DNA of 64,000 nt. Source: a virus (Duplodnaviria > Caudoviricetes). Position 1 is the first letter of the stretch. Each line of letters starts with the position of its first letter. The stretch lies in the IMG/VR virus record IMGVR_UViG_3300021387_000688; one strand, 5' to 3'. Below are positions 8,107 through 17,896 of the stretch, piece after piece. Made by a program: the position numbers and the translations under genes. Under the pieces are notes generated by a model. The model had not been told where the DNA came from, did not search any database, and saw nothing but the letters and a program-made list of their open reading frames with translations.

Positions 8107-11073
8107 TTATAACCATTCTCCACCATCAATTACAGAGTTGTTATTCAACAAAGTACCACTATGGTTTGGAAGAACATTGTTTACTTTTCCACCTACAGGT
8201 AAGTGGCTAGGGTTGTAAGTAATGTCTCCTATTTTTAACTCTATAGGTCCATCACTTTCATCTAACTCTTTTTTAACTGTAACCTTTGTATAAAGAGATA
8301 AGTTGTTAAGTACCTCCTCATGGGCGTCGTCAAATGCTTTTACAAGATAGAAACCAAAGCTCAATGAATTTACAGATCCGTCATATGGATTTTCTTTATC
8401 AAGTATGTCAGATGACCTTGACAATATTTGATTAACACGGCTGTCATAAATCTTTTTACCAGTAGGTGTATCTGCAGGTACAAGAGTTTGCAACCAGTCA
8501 ATTCTACCACTAGTTGTTTGATTCATAATTTCGTTGTAAAGATCTTCAATAATCTTTTTAACTACAACGAATCCTGAGTCTACATAAGTTTCAGTTGCAA
8601 GTACTCCAGAATGAGTAGGAAGTTCAAGTACAGGTGCTTTTTCTCCTAATATTTCAAAACTATATTTACCTACACCATTAGTGTCACGGTCTTTTTCTTG
8701 AGTGAACTTAAATTCCTGGAAGTCTAATACTGTATTAGATGTGGTAGATGCCAGCTGTCCTGATTTTTTACCGAAACCGTGTTTAACATATGAATCTGGT
8801 TTGTTTTCTCCAAACATTGATACGTTAAGGGCTTCGCCACCTGCATTTGTTAAGGAATATTCTGTTACCCCCTCATTGATGTACTTACTGAATAAGAACT
8901 CTATAGAATCTAATGCAGGAGTTGCATCTTCTTTTTCTGTTTTAGGCAATTTCAAACCTGCATGGTTTTTAGTTAATTCAATTCTAGAATTCTTTGCAGT
9001 GCCTTTATCACTGATTACAGGGATGTGACCATCATCTACGAAAGCATCTCCGAATTCTCCATCTTTTTTGAAAACTACTGAATTTGGATTACTAAATTCA
9101 AGACTGCTTGGAGTAGGAGTTAATTTAACCTCATGAGGAGCTTCATCTTCCAAAGCTTTTATTGACTTACCATCCCAATTGGTTTCGAAAACTTTTCTCT
9201 GAACGTCTTTGAATTCTGGTATACCTGCTATCTTAACACCGTCCATTAAGATACCAATGAAAGAAGAACTATTGTCTAATACATCAAACTTCTTATCTTC
9301 TCCATTGTAAATAATCCAGTCGCCGTTTTCAAGAGAATGTACCCATTCACCCTCTTTACCATCTTCGTTAGTTAAGTTAGGATCGTGATCATCTTTATTC
9401 TTTGTAAGATTGAAATAATCTCCTAACTTGTCGATTACTAAATGACCGGCATTCCAAATCCAATAACAACCTGCTTGTAACTTAGTATCATATGCAGTGT
9501 TAGCTTCAGATTCATCTTCATCTGTATCTTCTTCATCTACGTTAATGTCAATATTTTTAAAAGCTTCTGTCCAAGCCAAAGCCAAATCATGAGCGGTTTT
9601 CTGTTCAGGTTCTGTTGTTTCGTCGCCATCTTCAATAGCTGTTTTTATAGCAGCTAAAATATCTGGATTGTTGATAGTGCTCATGTATTTAGGAGCACCT
9701 AACAAGAAATCAGGTAATTGAGAAGAAATAATCTTGCCAGTAGAAGGATCGATATCTACTTTAGTAAGGAATAATCTCTTAATATAATCTGTTATGACAT
9801 TGTTTAAATCAGCTTTGAAATCAGCATCAGTACTATATTTATCTGCTACTGCAGATTTATTATTCCAAATGGCTTCTGCATAATCATCTGCACGTTTGTA
9901 TTCCAAGTTTTTTGCAGACAATATATCAAGTAATTTGCCATAGAGTGAAATTACTGAATATGTTACTCCACCATCGACCGCAGGGATAGAAAGAATTAAA
10001 TCCCCTTCATGTAAACGATCTTCTCCGGTAGTGTATCTACCTGTACCGTCGTCAAATGGAACTCTGTGTCTACCATTTGTAAATGGTATATAATGTATTG
10101 CACCATCGAAATCTGTATTTTTAAAGCTTTCTGGAGTAATTGCTTCACAACCTACAATATGGGCTGCTTCGTCATCCTCTGCATTTTCTTCGACTTCAGT
10201 TATTGTTATTGCCTTCCAACCTTCTGGTCCAATCAAAGATTGGAATCTTCTTGCAGGTCCATCTAAGAAATCTTTCAAAGTTGCAATACGGTCCTTTGAG
10301 GGATCTGAACCGAACAAGTCGGTGAAATACTTTTTCATTGAATTGGATACTAAAGCAAATTGGTTAATCTTTGTTAAAGCATCTGTTGAATGACTTAAAT
10401 GAATAACTACATTTTCATCATATACTGGGCTATAGAAGAACAAATCTCCTGGGTTGATTATTTCAGCTGCTTCTGTAGAGCTGTGACCTACATATCTAGA
10501 TTCTACATCTACAGGTTCTTCTCCTCTAGTACCTGGCTCTCTATTTTTGATAGTAGTATCTGTTAAAGTTTCAATGCTTTTATCAGAAGCTTTCAATCCA
10601 TCTGGACTAGTGGATTTAGATATAGGTCTAGTACCTACATACATGAAAATGAAGTTAGGTTTAGTTTTTCCTTTTTCTTTAAGGGCTTCCCAAGGGTCTG
10701 AAACGGTAGAATCAAAACCAATTACTCCACCCCATTTAAGAGCTCCTCCAGAACCTAAAGACCATACTTCTCCGTATCTACCAGAGCCTGCAAACAAATC
10801 CCCTTCAAAGAAAGTATTGATATAAGATTTTGTTCCTAAATCATAGATACGATATTTTCTTTTGCTACTATCTACACCTGCAGGGGCAACTTCTTCACGA
10901 GTTGCTACTACATTCTCTTGTAAAAGATTTACAGTCTGTATAAATAATTCACCACGAGCTAAAACCCTACTATCATTTCTTTTAATAAGGTTACCACGTG
11001 CCTGCTGAATAATTTGATTACCAGTCAATTTTCCAGTGTTTGGATCATTTGATTGTCCGTGATTGTCTGCCAT
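8107..11073 (-). CDS. Large virion (tail/baseplate-associated) protein
   Basis: 988 aa, acidic; GKIISSQLP...GDWIIYNG...FDVLDN module, LPxHSGxL repeats, IDGGEW C-terminus; AAGGAG RBS; ACTAAAT promoter. Confidence 0.6.
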   Translation of the reverse strand: MADNHGQSNDPNTGKLTGNQIIQQARGNLIKRNDSRVLARGELFIQTVNLLQENVVATREEVAPAGVDSSKRKYRIYDLGTKSYINTFFEGDLFAGSGRYGEVWSLGSGGALKWGGVIGFDSTVSDPWEALKEKGKTKPNFIFMYVGTRPISKSTSPDGLKASDKSIETLTDTTIKNREPGTRGEEPVDVESRYVGHSSTEAAEIINPGDLFFYSPVYDENVVIHLSHSTDALTKINQFALVSNSMKKYFTDLFGSDPSKDRIATLKDFLDGPARRFQSLIGPEGWKAITITEVEENAEDDEAAHIVGCEAITPESFKNTDFDGAIHYIPFTNGRHRVPFDDGTGRYTTGEDRLHEGDLILSIPAVDGGVTYSVISLYGKLLDILSAKNLEYKRADDYAEAIWNNKSAVADKYSTDADFKADLNNVITDYIKRLFLTKVDIDPSTGKIISSQLPDFLLGAPKYMSTINNPDILAAIKTAIEDGDETTEPEQKTAHDLALAWTEAFKNIDINVDEEDTDEDESEANTAYDTKLQAGCYWIWNAGHLVIDKLGDYFNLTKNKDDHDPNLTNEDGKEGEWVHSLENGDWIIYNGEDKKFDVLDNSSSFIGILMDGVKIAGIPEFKDVQRKVFETNWDGKSIKALEDEAPHEVKLTPTPSSLEFSNPNSVVFKKDGEFGDAFVDDGHIPVISDKGTAKNSRIELTKNHAGLKLPKTEKEDATPALDSIEFLFSKYINEGVTEYSLTNAGGEALNVSMFGENKPDSYVKHGFGKKSGQLASTTSNTVLDFQEFKFTQEKDRDTNGVGKYSFEILGEKAPVLELPTHSGVLATETYVDSGFVVVKKIIEDLYNEIMNQTTSGRIDWLQTLVPADTPTGKKIYDSRVNQILSRSSDILDKENPYDGSVNSLSFGFYLVKAFDDAHEEVLNNLSLYTKVTVKKELDESDGPIELKIGDITYNPSHLPVGGKVNNVLPNHSGTLLNNNSVIDGGEWL

Positions 11074-11094
11074 ATTTATAATACTCCTTAACTA

Positions 11095-11124
11095 ACTAAT
11101 TAAAACGAAATATAATAATTTAGT
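11095..11124. promoter_or_regulatory. Face-to-face pair of ACTAAWT (late-type) promoters
   Basis: ACTAATT on + (11095-11101) and ACTAAAT on - (11118-11124) between two divergent virion genes. Confidence 0.6.
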
Positions 11125-11155
11125 GCATATTTCAAAAGTCAAAGAGGGAATTTAG

Positions 11156-13963
11156 ATGCCAGCTATACTTCAACATAATAGGGGAGATGTTTTTTTAGGT
11201 AACCAACAGAATTTCAAAACCGGTCAATTCTTTTGGTCTTATATTAACAAAGACAAATATACATCCAATGGACATTCTTATTCAGAAGGCCAGTTGTGGA
11301 TTAAAGATCCCTCTAATGAAAATCTAACAGAGATAGCAAATAGAAGATCCTTAAACGCGTTTGTATTTAAGGGTAATATGCCTAAAGCATTTTCTGGCGA
11401 TTTCGTAAATGCAGAAGATCCTTTATATGCAGATATGAAACATTGCCATACTGGCGACTTTTGGATTTTCGATCATAATGAAAAAGAAAAGTTCTTAGTA
11501 CCTTTCCAAAAGGGGGATATTCTTGCAATAACAGATACCGTTTACGAAAACATAGAAGGCCAACCTTTTAGAAATGTCCTAACTCATGCAGAATATACAA
11601 GAATTAGATGTGCAGAATTTGATGATGAAGGTTCAGATTTAAATGCAGAAACTCTTAGCGAAGCAATTAAAGAACTTGAACAAAGACTTCTCTATAAAGG
11701 GGAGTTTAAAGGTTTAAGAGAATACTACAACCTTATTAAAAAGAAGGGTTGGCTTTATTTATCTAAAGAAGATATTTCTTTAACTACAGATGAAATCATA
11801 GTTTTACATACAACCAGAGATGACGATGACGAAACTTTCCATACTGTTAGGAAAGGAGATTTCATTTGGTGGAATGGAGAAAAGTGGGTTTTAATTCCTA
11901 CAGGTCTTAAAGCTGAAGATATTCCTTATACTCCTAATGTAGAAGACATTGATGCTCAACCTACTTTCCCTTCTGAACATAAAGAGTTGTTAAAATCAAC
12001 TGACAATGTACAAGATGCAATTGATATTTTAAACTTGCACAAAGCTTCTTTGGATCACAATGGTAAGATTCCTTACGAAGAATTACCTACTTCTATTAGA
12101 TCTGGTTTAGTAATTCAAGGAAAGTTCTATCCAGTAATTGATCCTTCCTTAGATAAAGATGATCCAAACAATCAAAATCATTGGCCAGATAAGATAGACT
12201 TGGACGGTAACGAATTAGAGAATTGGATGAATGGTTGGTTCTGGATTGTAGATACTAACCGTAAAGTAAATGTTCAATACCAAGATAAATTAAATCCAGA
12301 TAGAATAGTTGAATTAAATTCTGGCGATTGGATCGTTTGGGTTGATCAAACCGGCAGATTTGAAGTTATTGATAACAGTGATAGAATTGCTGCAATTGAA
12401 GTTCAAATTCCTAAAAAAGATGGAGACAAAACAGTTACTGTTGTAGGTACGGTAGGTTTAACTACTACTGGTCAAATTGAAATTAAGGTAGAAGACAATA
12501 CTATTATCATTGACGGTGATAAAGTAGTTGGATTAGACATAGAAGGTAAAAAAGACTATTTCCCAATCTTCAAAGATGCCCATACTTTAACTGTAAGTGA
12601 TTTACACAAAGACGGTGAAAACATAATTTCCGATTTAGGATTTGTAATTGGAGCTTCTACAAATACCAGAGATGAAGTAACTTACGGTGATGTTATTATT
12701 AGAAAAACATCTGCACCTGGAAGCCCTCTTGGATGGAGAAATAATTTCTTAATCATTGAAAATGCTTTATTAGATAAAGACAATGAAAGATTTTATAGAC
12801 AAACAAACTTAAGGGCCAGTACAAGAAATAAATTCTTAAAAAACGGAAATACTGAAGAGACTTTAGATGTTTATTTACCTGAATGTAGCGGCGATTTATT
12901 AGCTGTACTTTCTGATGAAAAATTAACCCCTACCTATTTGCAGAAGACTTATGCACATGGATTTACGACAGACTCTCTTAATTCAGAAATTATGGAGCCT
13001 GATAGTTATTTGTTAAAAGAACACGAAGATGGTTATAGTAATGTAGGTTTGGGTCGTACAGCTTCTGAAGATGTAGACTTAGGCGAAATTACATTCTATG
13101 CAAAAACTAAAGACTCTACCCCAAATGCATCCCAAGTAGGTTTCTATACTTCTTTACATGTTTATAAAAACAATGATGCAAGAAATGGTCAAGTTACCGA
13201 ACACTTCTTAAACAGAGCTACAAAGGTTAGAACTCACTTAGTAATCAATCCTACTGTAATAAATGAACTTAAAGAGACATTTGTAAAAATGCCTTGCGAT
13301 GATGGTACATTATTGCTTTGGGAAGATATCCAAATGTTGTTAGGTCGTGGAGTACCTTTAATGATCCCTGCTTGGGAAAGTATGCACCATGATGTACATG
13401 ATTTTGTAGGTTTGTCAACTTCTCCTATTACTATTAAATTGAATAGGAAAAAATCAGGATGGGAAACAACTGATAGGGTAAACGACTTAAGTGAAAATTA
13501 CGGAGACGGCGATAAATCAACTTGGTCTTATATTGATTCTAATAAGGAAGGTTCTTTACAAAATGATACTAGAGGTTCAATCGACGACGTAGTTTCTTTT
13601 GACTCTTGGATTGAATCTCAAAGAGCTATTGCAACTAAAGAAGCTTTCATTATTCCTTCTACTGCAAAGGTAGATGGTGTTTCTAAAATGGACCCTGTTA
13701 CATTAGAGGTTACTAAAGACCCTAACGAAGTTAAAAATGATAAATATGGGCGTGATAAAAAAGGTGGTAAATATCAAAGAATACTCCCATCAAGAACTTT
13801 ATACCCTGATGAAGTAACATATTACGACGCTCTTACTGGTGACCTTATTCCCCAAGATACAACATCAAAAGATGTGGAGATGCCTGCAGTGGGCGGCGTA
13901 TTGTTAACCAGCCGTTCTAGAATTGATTGTGGCCAGTGGGGTGATGTTAGGCAGACTTCTTAG
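11156..13963 (+). CDS. Large virion protein, paralog of 8107..11073
   Basis: 935 aa; GKIPYEELP...GDWIVW...FEVIDN module; (L/M)PxxxGxLL repeats; IDCGQW near the C-terminus. Confidence 0.6.
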   Translation: MPAILQHNRGDVFLGNQQNFKTGQFFWSYINKDKYTSNGHSYSEGQLWIKDPSNENLTEIANRRSLNAFVFKGNMPKAFSGDFVNAEDPLYADMKHCHTGDFWIFDHNEKEKFLVPFQKGDILAITDTVYENIEGQPFRNVLTHAEYTRIRCAEFDDEGSDLNAETLSEAIKELEQRLLYKGEFKGLREYYNLIKKKGWLYLSKEDISLTTDEIIVLHTTRDDDDETFHTVRKGDFIWWNGEKWVLIPTGLKAEDIPYTPNVEDIDAQPTFPSEHKELLKSTDNVQDAIDILNLHKASLDHNGKIPYEELPTSIRSGLVIQGKFYPVIDPSLDKDDPNNQNHWPDKIDLDGNELENWMNGWFWIVDTNRKVNVQYQDKLNPDRIVELNSGDWIVWVDQTGRFEVIDNSDRIAAIEVQIPKKDGDKTVTVVGTVGLTTTGQIEIKVEDNTIIIDGDKVVGLDIEGKKDYFPIFKDAHTLTVSDLHKDGENIISDLGFVIGASTNTRDEVTYGDVIIRKTSAPGSPLGWRNNFLIIENALLDKDNERFYRQTNLRASTRNKFLKNGNTEETLDVYLPECSGDLLAVLSDEKLTPTYLQKTYAHGFTTDSLNSEIMEPDSYLLKEHEDGYSNVGLGRTASEDVDLGEITFYAKTKDSTPNASQVGFYTSLHVYKNNDARNGQVTEHFLNRATKVRTHLVINPTVINELKETFVKMPCDDGTLLLWEDIQMLLGRGVPLMIPAWESMHHDVHDFVGLSTSPITIKLNRKKSGWETTDRVNDLSENYGDGDKSTWSYIDSNKEGSLQNDTRGSIDDVVSFDSWIESQRAIATKEAFIIPSTAKVDGVSKMDPVTLEVTKDPNEVKNDKYGRDKKGGKYQRILPSRTLYPDEVTYYDALTGDLIPQDTTSKDVEMPAVGGVLLTSRSRIDCGQWGDVRQTS

Positions 13964-14258
13964 TCGACTTAACTTTTTCAACTGAAATAACATCATACGG
14001 GTATCTTTTCTTTACGTCTAGGTACCCCGATTCAATAATCTTAAACTTTCTCTTTTCACACCCTCTTACTTTAATAAAGTGATTAATAAAAATATCCCTA
14101 AACTCTTCATAGGAATAATCCTCTACGTACGCGACCATAGTAGAATGCTTTTTAATTGTTTCATACAGCTTATTCAACTTGGCTGTTGGTCTTTTGTACT
14201 TCTTCATTTTCTCTTCAATGCATTCTACTACTACTTCAACTTGGTTGTCATTCAACAT
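13947..14258 (-). CDS. Hypothetical protein
   Basis: GAGG RBS; CTATATT motif near 14399-14405. Confidence 0.7.
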   Translation of the reverse strand: MLNDNQVEVVVECIEEKMKKYKRPTAKLNKLYETIKKHSTMVAYVEDYSYEEFRDIFINHFIKVRGCEKRKFKIIESGYLDVKKRYPYDVISVEKVKSTKKSA

Positions 14259-14429
14259 ATTTCTATCCTCTTTTTATTAATTTGTTTTTAAATATTTTCT
14301 GTTTTTTAAATGATATGTTGAATTGTTAACCAGGCTTCCAATAATAGCCTATTTGCACTAAGCAGTTTACCTCCTTAAAAATAAAATACTGTTTATTTAA
14401 TATAGAAATTTTCGGGTACGGTTTTTTCC

Positions 14430-14461
14430 AAAAGAAAAGGAGCCCCTAACAGAGGCTCCTT
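14430..14461 (-). terminator. Rho-independent terminator
   Basis: AAGGAGCC...GGCTCCTT stem with U-tract on minus. Confidence 0.7.
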
Positions 14462-14486
14462 AAAAACGAGGTACAAATATCTTTAA

Positions 14487-14642
14487 TTAAAAGAATATTT
14501 TTCTGAATTTTTTAGAGACGCACATTGCAGCTACAAATGCAACTACGCCAGTTAAGAAGAGGAATCCGAATCCGGAAATATCCTCTACAAATAAAATATG
14601 TTCCTGCTCATATACGAGCCAATCAATTACTCTTTCTAACAT
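14487..14642 (-). CDS. Small membrane protein (51 aa, not in track)
   Basis: MLERVIDWLVYEQEHILFVEDISGFGFLFLTGVVAFVAAMCVSKKFRKIFF; GGAGG RBS; TAATG coupling to the upstream gene. Confidence 0.65.
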   Translation of the reverse strand: MLERVIDWLVYEQEHILFVEDISGFGFLFLTGVVAFVAAMCVSKKFRKIFF

Positions 14643-14938
14643 TACTCTACCTCCCCTTTAAGTAAAGCTTCAATTTCACTTCCATCTAAATCCCCATAGC
14701 ACTGAGGATTTTCGCAAAGCTTTTCGTACAGTTCGTACTTTGGGTCTACTCCGAATTGGTAGCACCACATTTCATATACGGCCCAAGTAAATTCTGAATC
14801 TGTTTCAGTTTCTGTACGAAGTTCGTCAACTGTTTTGATTTCAAGATACTTTGTATCTGTATCGTAATTAAAAGTTGTTGCTGAGATTGATGCAACTACA
14901 ACCAAAGAAGTTAAAACGATTGCGATAAGTTTTTTCAT
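14642..14938 (-). CDS. Exported protein with signal peptide
   Basis: MKKLIAIVLTSLVVVASISA Sec-type signal; AAGGAG RBS. Confidence 0.75.
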   Translation of the reverse strand: MKKLIAIVLTSLVVVASISATTFNYDTDTKYLEIKTVDELRTETETDSEFTWAVYEMWCYQFGVDPKYELYEKLCENPQCYGDLDGSEIEALLKGEVE

Positions 14939-14989
14939 TTGTTTTCTCCTTGTAGGTGAAAACTTCCATGTTTGCTTAATTTTTAATTA

Positions 14990-15016
14990 AAGGGGTTGAC
15001 ATCCCTTCAACCCCTT
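14990..15016 (-). terminator. Hairpin (terminator or stabiliser)
   Basis: AAGGGGTTGA-N7-TCAACCCCTT just after 15027..15449. Confidence 0.55.
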
Positions 15017-15026
15017 CCGGATTTGA

Positions 15027-15449
15027 TTAATAGTTTGATGCTTTGATACCAGCGATGCGAATGAACTGATCTGCTGAAAGCTTATAGCTAGCACCAAGTG
15101 TGTTCTTTACAATGAATGGATACTTGTGTTTCTTAGTATCAATCATTTCAAGATGGATTGTACCGATTTTTGAATGTACCCAAGTGCCTTCGAACATCTT
15201 CTGAATTTCTGAATCTTCTACTTTGTAGCCATTCTTCATGAAGATGTACTCTGCATCGTAAATTTCCTGCTTGCCCAACTTTCTTGAGCCATCAGCCTTA
15301 AGTTCTACTCCTTCAATTTTGTAAGTAAAACCTGTATCGCTGTAGACTACTTTTGAGCCTGCTTTCTGAGTCATGCCGTATTTGGCAAGGATTGCCTTGA
15401 TTGCTGTGTCGATTTCTTCGTGAACGATTCTTGCTGTTCCTGCTGTCAT
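15027..15449 (-). CDS. Hypothetical early protein
   Basis: GAGGT RBS; first gene after the conserved promoter at 15479-15520. Confidence 0.8.
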   Translation of the reverse strand: MTAGTARIVHEEIDTAIKAILAKYGMTQKAGSKVVYSDTGFTYKIEGVELKADGSRKLGKQEIYDAEYIFMKNGYKVEDSEIQKMFEGTWVHSKIGTIHLEMIDTKKHKYPFIVKNTLGASYKLSADQFIRIAGIKASNY

Positions 15450-15478
15450 AATTTGTACCTCTTATTAGTTATAATTTA

Positions 15479-15520
15479 TGATAATAATATAGCTAACAAG
15501 GGGTACCTAAATTTCAAAAA
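15479..15520 (-). promoter_or_regulatory. Conserved early-type promoter (copy 1)
   Basis: Minus strand GAAATT...TACC...TTAGCTATATTATTATCA; 18 bp identical to 33690-33707. Confidence 0.7.
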
Positions 15521-15542
15521 TGTTTACTTTTTTGAAACTTTT

Positions 15543-16049
15543 TTATTTACCAGAGCTACCGAATCCGGCTTCTCCTCTTAAAGTTTCATTGAGTTTATCT
15601 ACTTCTTTCCATATTACTTTGAAATCAAATCCAAAAGAAGCATCTGATATTGGAGCAATAGGCCTAATGGCCAACTGGCAAATCTTATCTCCTTTAGAAA
15701 TCTTATAAGGCTTAACTCTTGTATTAAGAATCAATGCACATACTTCCCCTCTGTAATTTTCATCGACAGTTCCGGGGGAATTCAAAATAGTAATACCATC
15801 ATTAATAGCTTTACCTGATCTAGGTCTAACTTGCATTTCCCAACCCGGTACCAACTCTACTTTAAAACCAAGAGGTACTTTAGCTGTTCCTAATCCAACT
15901 TCTGGATCAAACCCAGGTACAGTTATATCTTCATCTGCAAAGGCATCTAAACATGCATCTCCTTCTCTTGAATATTCCGGAAGCTTTGCATCCTCAGTTG
16001 TTTTTACAACGTTCACCCATAATCTCTGTTTTGGTAATTCTGCAGCCAT
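15543..16049 (-). CDS. dut: dUTPase (trimeric)
   Basis: Five motifs: DACLD, RPRSG, GTVDENYRGE, GDKICQL, RGEAGFGSSG. Confidence 0.97.
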   Translation of the reverse strand: MAAELPKQRLWVNVVKTTEDAKLPEYSREGDACLDAFADEDITVPGFDPEVGLGTAKVPLGFKVELVPGWEMQVRPRSGKAINDGITILNSPGTVDENYRGEVCALILNTRVKPYKISKGDKICQLAIRPIAPISDASFGFDFKVIWKEVDKLNETLRGEAGFGSSGK

Positions 16050-16058
16050 TTTAACTCC

Positions 16059-16817
16059 TTATACTTTTGGATAAATTTTTTCATCTATAAACTCTTCCCA
16101 ATCCAACATAGATTGAGGATAATGTTTATCTAACCAATGTACTACTTTTTTAGAATCGTGTTTTGAAAAATACGCGCCAATCAAATGCCAGCAATCCTTA
16201 TTCAAAGTATAACCTTTTTGATAGTAATGAATCAATTTTGCTACTAAAGATTTTCTATTAACATCTTGATAGTTTACGCACATTTTATCTGTAATAAAAA
16301 TCTCTTTTGTTTTCAAAGTCTTTTTACAATCTTTTGCATAAAGTTTGTTTTTGTTAACCCAATACGTTGCACCGTCCAATGAAATAAAAGATGACTTTGG
16401 AATGTATTTGAAATGACGATACGGAGTTCTAAATCCGTAACTTGGCATTAATCCGTAACAGTTTTCAAAAGCATCTAAAGGTGAATGATCCTCTAAAGAC
16501 CAAATATCAATTTCTTTATTTGGGAAAGTATCAAAGGGAGAAGGGGGAATTTTGAATCCGCCAAATTCATTTTTTGAATAAGGAATCTTATAAAGTCTTA
16601 AAAGCCTTTCCAGGTCTACTTTTGGAAGGTCTACAATAATATCAAAATCTCTGGGGCCACAATCTTCAAAGTTTTTATCTAAAACCCATCTTACAAATCC
16701 GCCTACAAAAGCATAGTTGTAGTCATTCATATCAAATGTATCTAACAATGCTTCTAAATACGTTTGGTGGTGACGATAATACCGAATGCAATTTTTTAGT
16801 TTTCTTTTTTCGAACAT
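16059..16817 (-). CDS. Pol-beta superfamily nucleotidyltransferase (CCA/polyA polymerase head-like)
   Basis: FVGGFVR...PRDFDIIV...EIDIW; start moved to ATG 16817 (CTATAAT-N6-ATG). Confidence 0.75.
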   Translation of the reverse strand: MFEKRKLKNCIRYYRHHQTYLEALLDTFDMNDYNYAFVGGFVRWVLDKNFEDCGPRDFDIIVDLPKVDLERLLRLYKIPYSKNEFGGFKIPPSPFDTFPNKEIDIWSLEDHSPLDAFENCYGLMPSYGFRTPYRHFKYIPKSSFISLDGATYWVNKNKLYAKDCKKTLKTKEIFITDKMCVNYQDVNRKSLVAKLIHYYQKGYTLNKDCWHLIGAYFSKHDSKKVVHWLDKHYPQSMLDWEEFIDEKIYPKV

Positions 16818-16866
16818 ATTCGTATTATAGATCAATTTTCCCTATTTTTCACAACTAATTAATACT

Positions 16867-17046
16867 ATGTTACAAATTGTGGAGTACAAAAACAATTACT
16901 ATATTTATGATGGATATGACTTTTACGGGGCTTTCCATTCTATCGCAGATACCGAATCAAATATCAGGAGTTATAAAGCCCATCCTAATCTTCACTTAAC
17001 CAATCCTCTAAAAAGTTATACCTTTATTAAAAACTTTTCTTATTAG
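16867..17046 (+). CDS. Small hypothetical protein (59 aa, not in track), paralog A
   Basis: MLQIVEYKNNYYIYDGYDFYGAFHSI...NPLK; ACTAATT-N6-ATG. Confidence 0.75.
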   Translation: MLQIVEYKNNYYIYDGYDFYGAFHSIADTESNIRSYKAHPNLHLTNPLKSYTFIKNFSY

Positions 17047-17060
17047 GAGTAAATCTTAAA

Positions 17061-17243
17061 ATGCTTAGAATAGTATACTGGTGGAAAAAATATTACGTAT
17101 ATGATGGTTGCAATTTTTATGGGCCCTTTCATTCTATAGAAGAATCTAAATATAGAGCCCTTGAAAGGAAAAAATATATAGTAGCTAAACCTCTAAAACG
17201 TTTTAAGATTCTAGAGGTTTTGCCGTACGATTTTTCAGATTAG
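17061..17243 (+). CDS. Small hypothetical protein, paralog B
   Basis: MLRIVYWWKKYYVYDGCNFYGPFHSI...KPLK; AGGAG RBS. Confidence 0.75.
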   Translation: MLRIVYWWKKYYVYDGCNFYGPFHSIEESKYRALERKKYIVAKPLKRFKILEVLPYDFSD

Positions 17244-17668
17244 AGACCTTTACTTTCTTTCTTTAATTTTTCTAAGATCTTCTCTGCCAGTTTTATTTCT
17301 TCGCTTAAATCTACAACATTTTTATTTGGTTCTTTTGTTTCTTTCATATCTTTTACAAGATCTTCCCAAGTGTTAGGTCCTTTGAAGCCCATCAACTTTT
17401 TGTAAGATTCAATTGCATTATTTCCTTTACAAAATTCAGGAAGTAATACTCTTGCTAAAATATCGAGGCGGTCCGTAACCTCTTTAGTTCGTTCCCTATC
17501 CCCATCTATCTTCATAATCAAAGCCCAAATGAAGAAGGTTATTGCCCAGAGGATTGCATGATCAGGATTTCCTCCACCAAACGAATCCGTCCAAAGTCCA
17601 AAAATTGAAAAACCCATTCCTACAATAGATGGGATGCTGTCTATAAACCTATCTGCAGTTGTTCTCAT
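17240..17668 (-). CDS. Hypothetical membrane protein
   Basis: Two N-terminal hydrophobic segments; GAGG RBS. Confidence 0.7.
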   Translation of the reverse strand: MRTTADRFIDSIPSIVGMGFSIFGLWTDSFGGGNPDHAILWAITFFIWALIMKIDGDRERTKEVTDRLDILARVLLPEFCKGNNAIESYKKLMGFKGPNTWEDLVKDMKETKEPNKNVVDLSEEIKLAEKILEKLKKESKGL

Positions 17669-17896
17669 TTACTGTACCTCTTTAACTGTGATTTCCATTT
17701 TAACAATTTCTCCAGGGTTTCCAGATGTAAATTCATGAGCAGCTGAATATACTGTGCAACAATCATCATTCACTTCATTTTCAGGAATCCATCGATCAAG
17801 GAAGAAATTCCAATATTCTACTTCGTGCTTGAAGTTTATATTTTTAACACCGTAACGCTTTACTTTCCATTTATTCATTAGCTTTCTCCTAACCAA
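17669..17896 (-). CDS. Hypothetical protein
   Basis: Member of the coupled minus-strand array; true start may be the later Met. Confidence 0.65.
   Translation of the reverse strand: MVRRKLMNKWKVKRYGVKNINFKHEVEYWNFFLDRWIPENEVNDDCCTVYSAAHEFTSGNPGEIVKMEITVKEVQ

Noticed and set aside
14292-14486. Possible tRNA or structured ncRNA in intergenic gaps
   Set aside because: No cloverleaf or T-loop consensus seen; the hairpin and motifs are explained by a terminator and a promoter. A covariance search was not possible.
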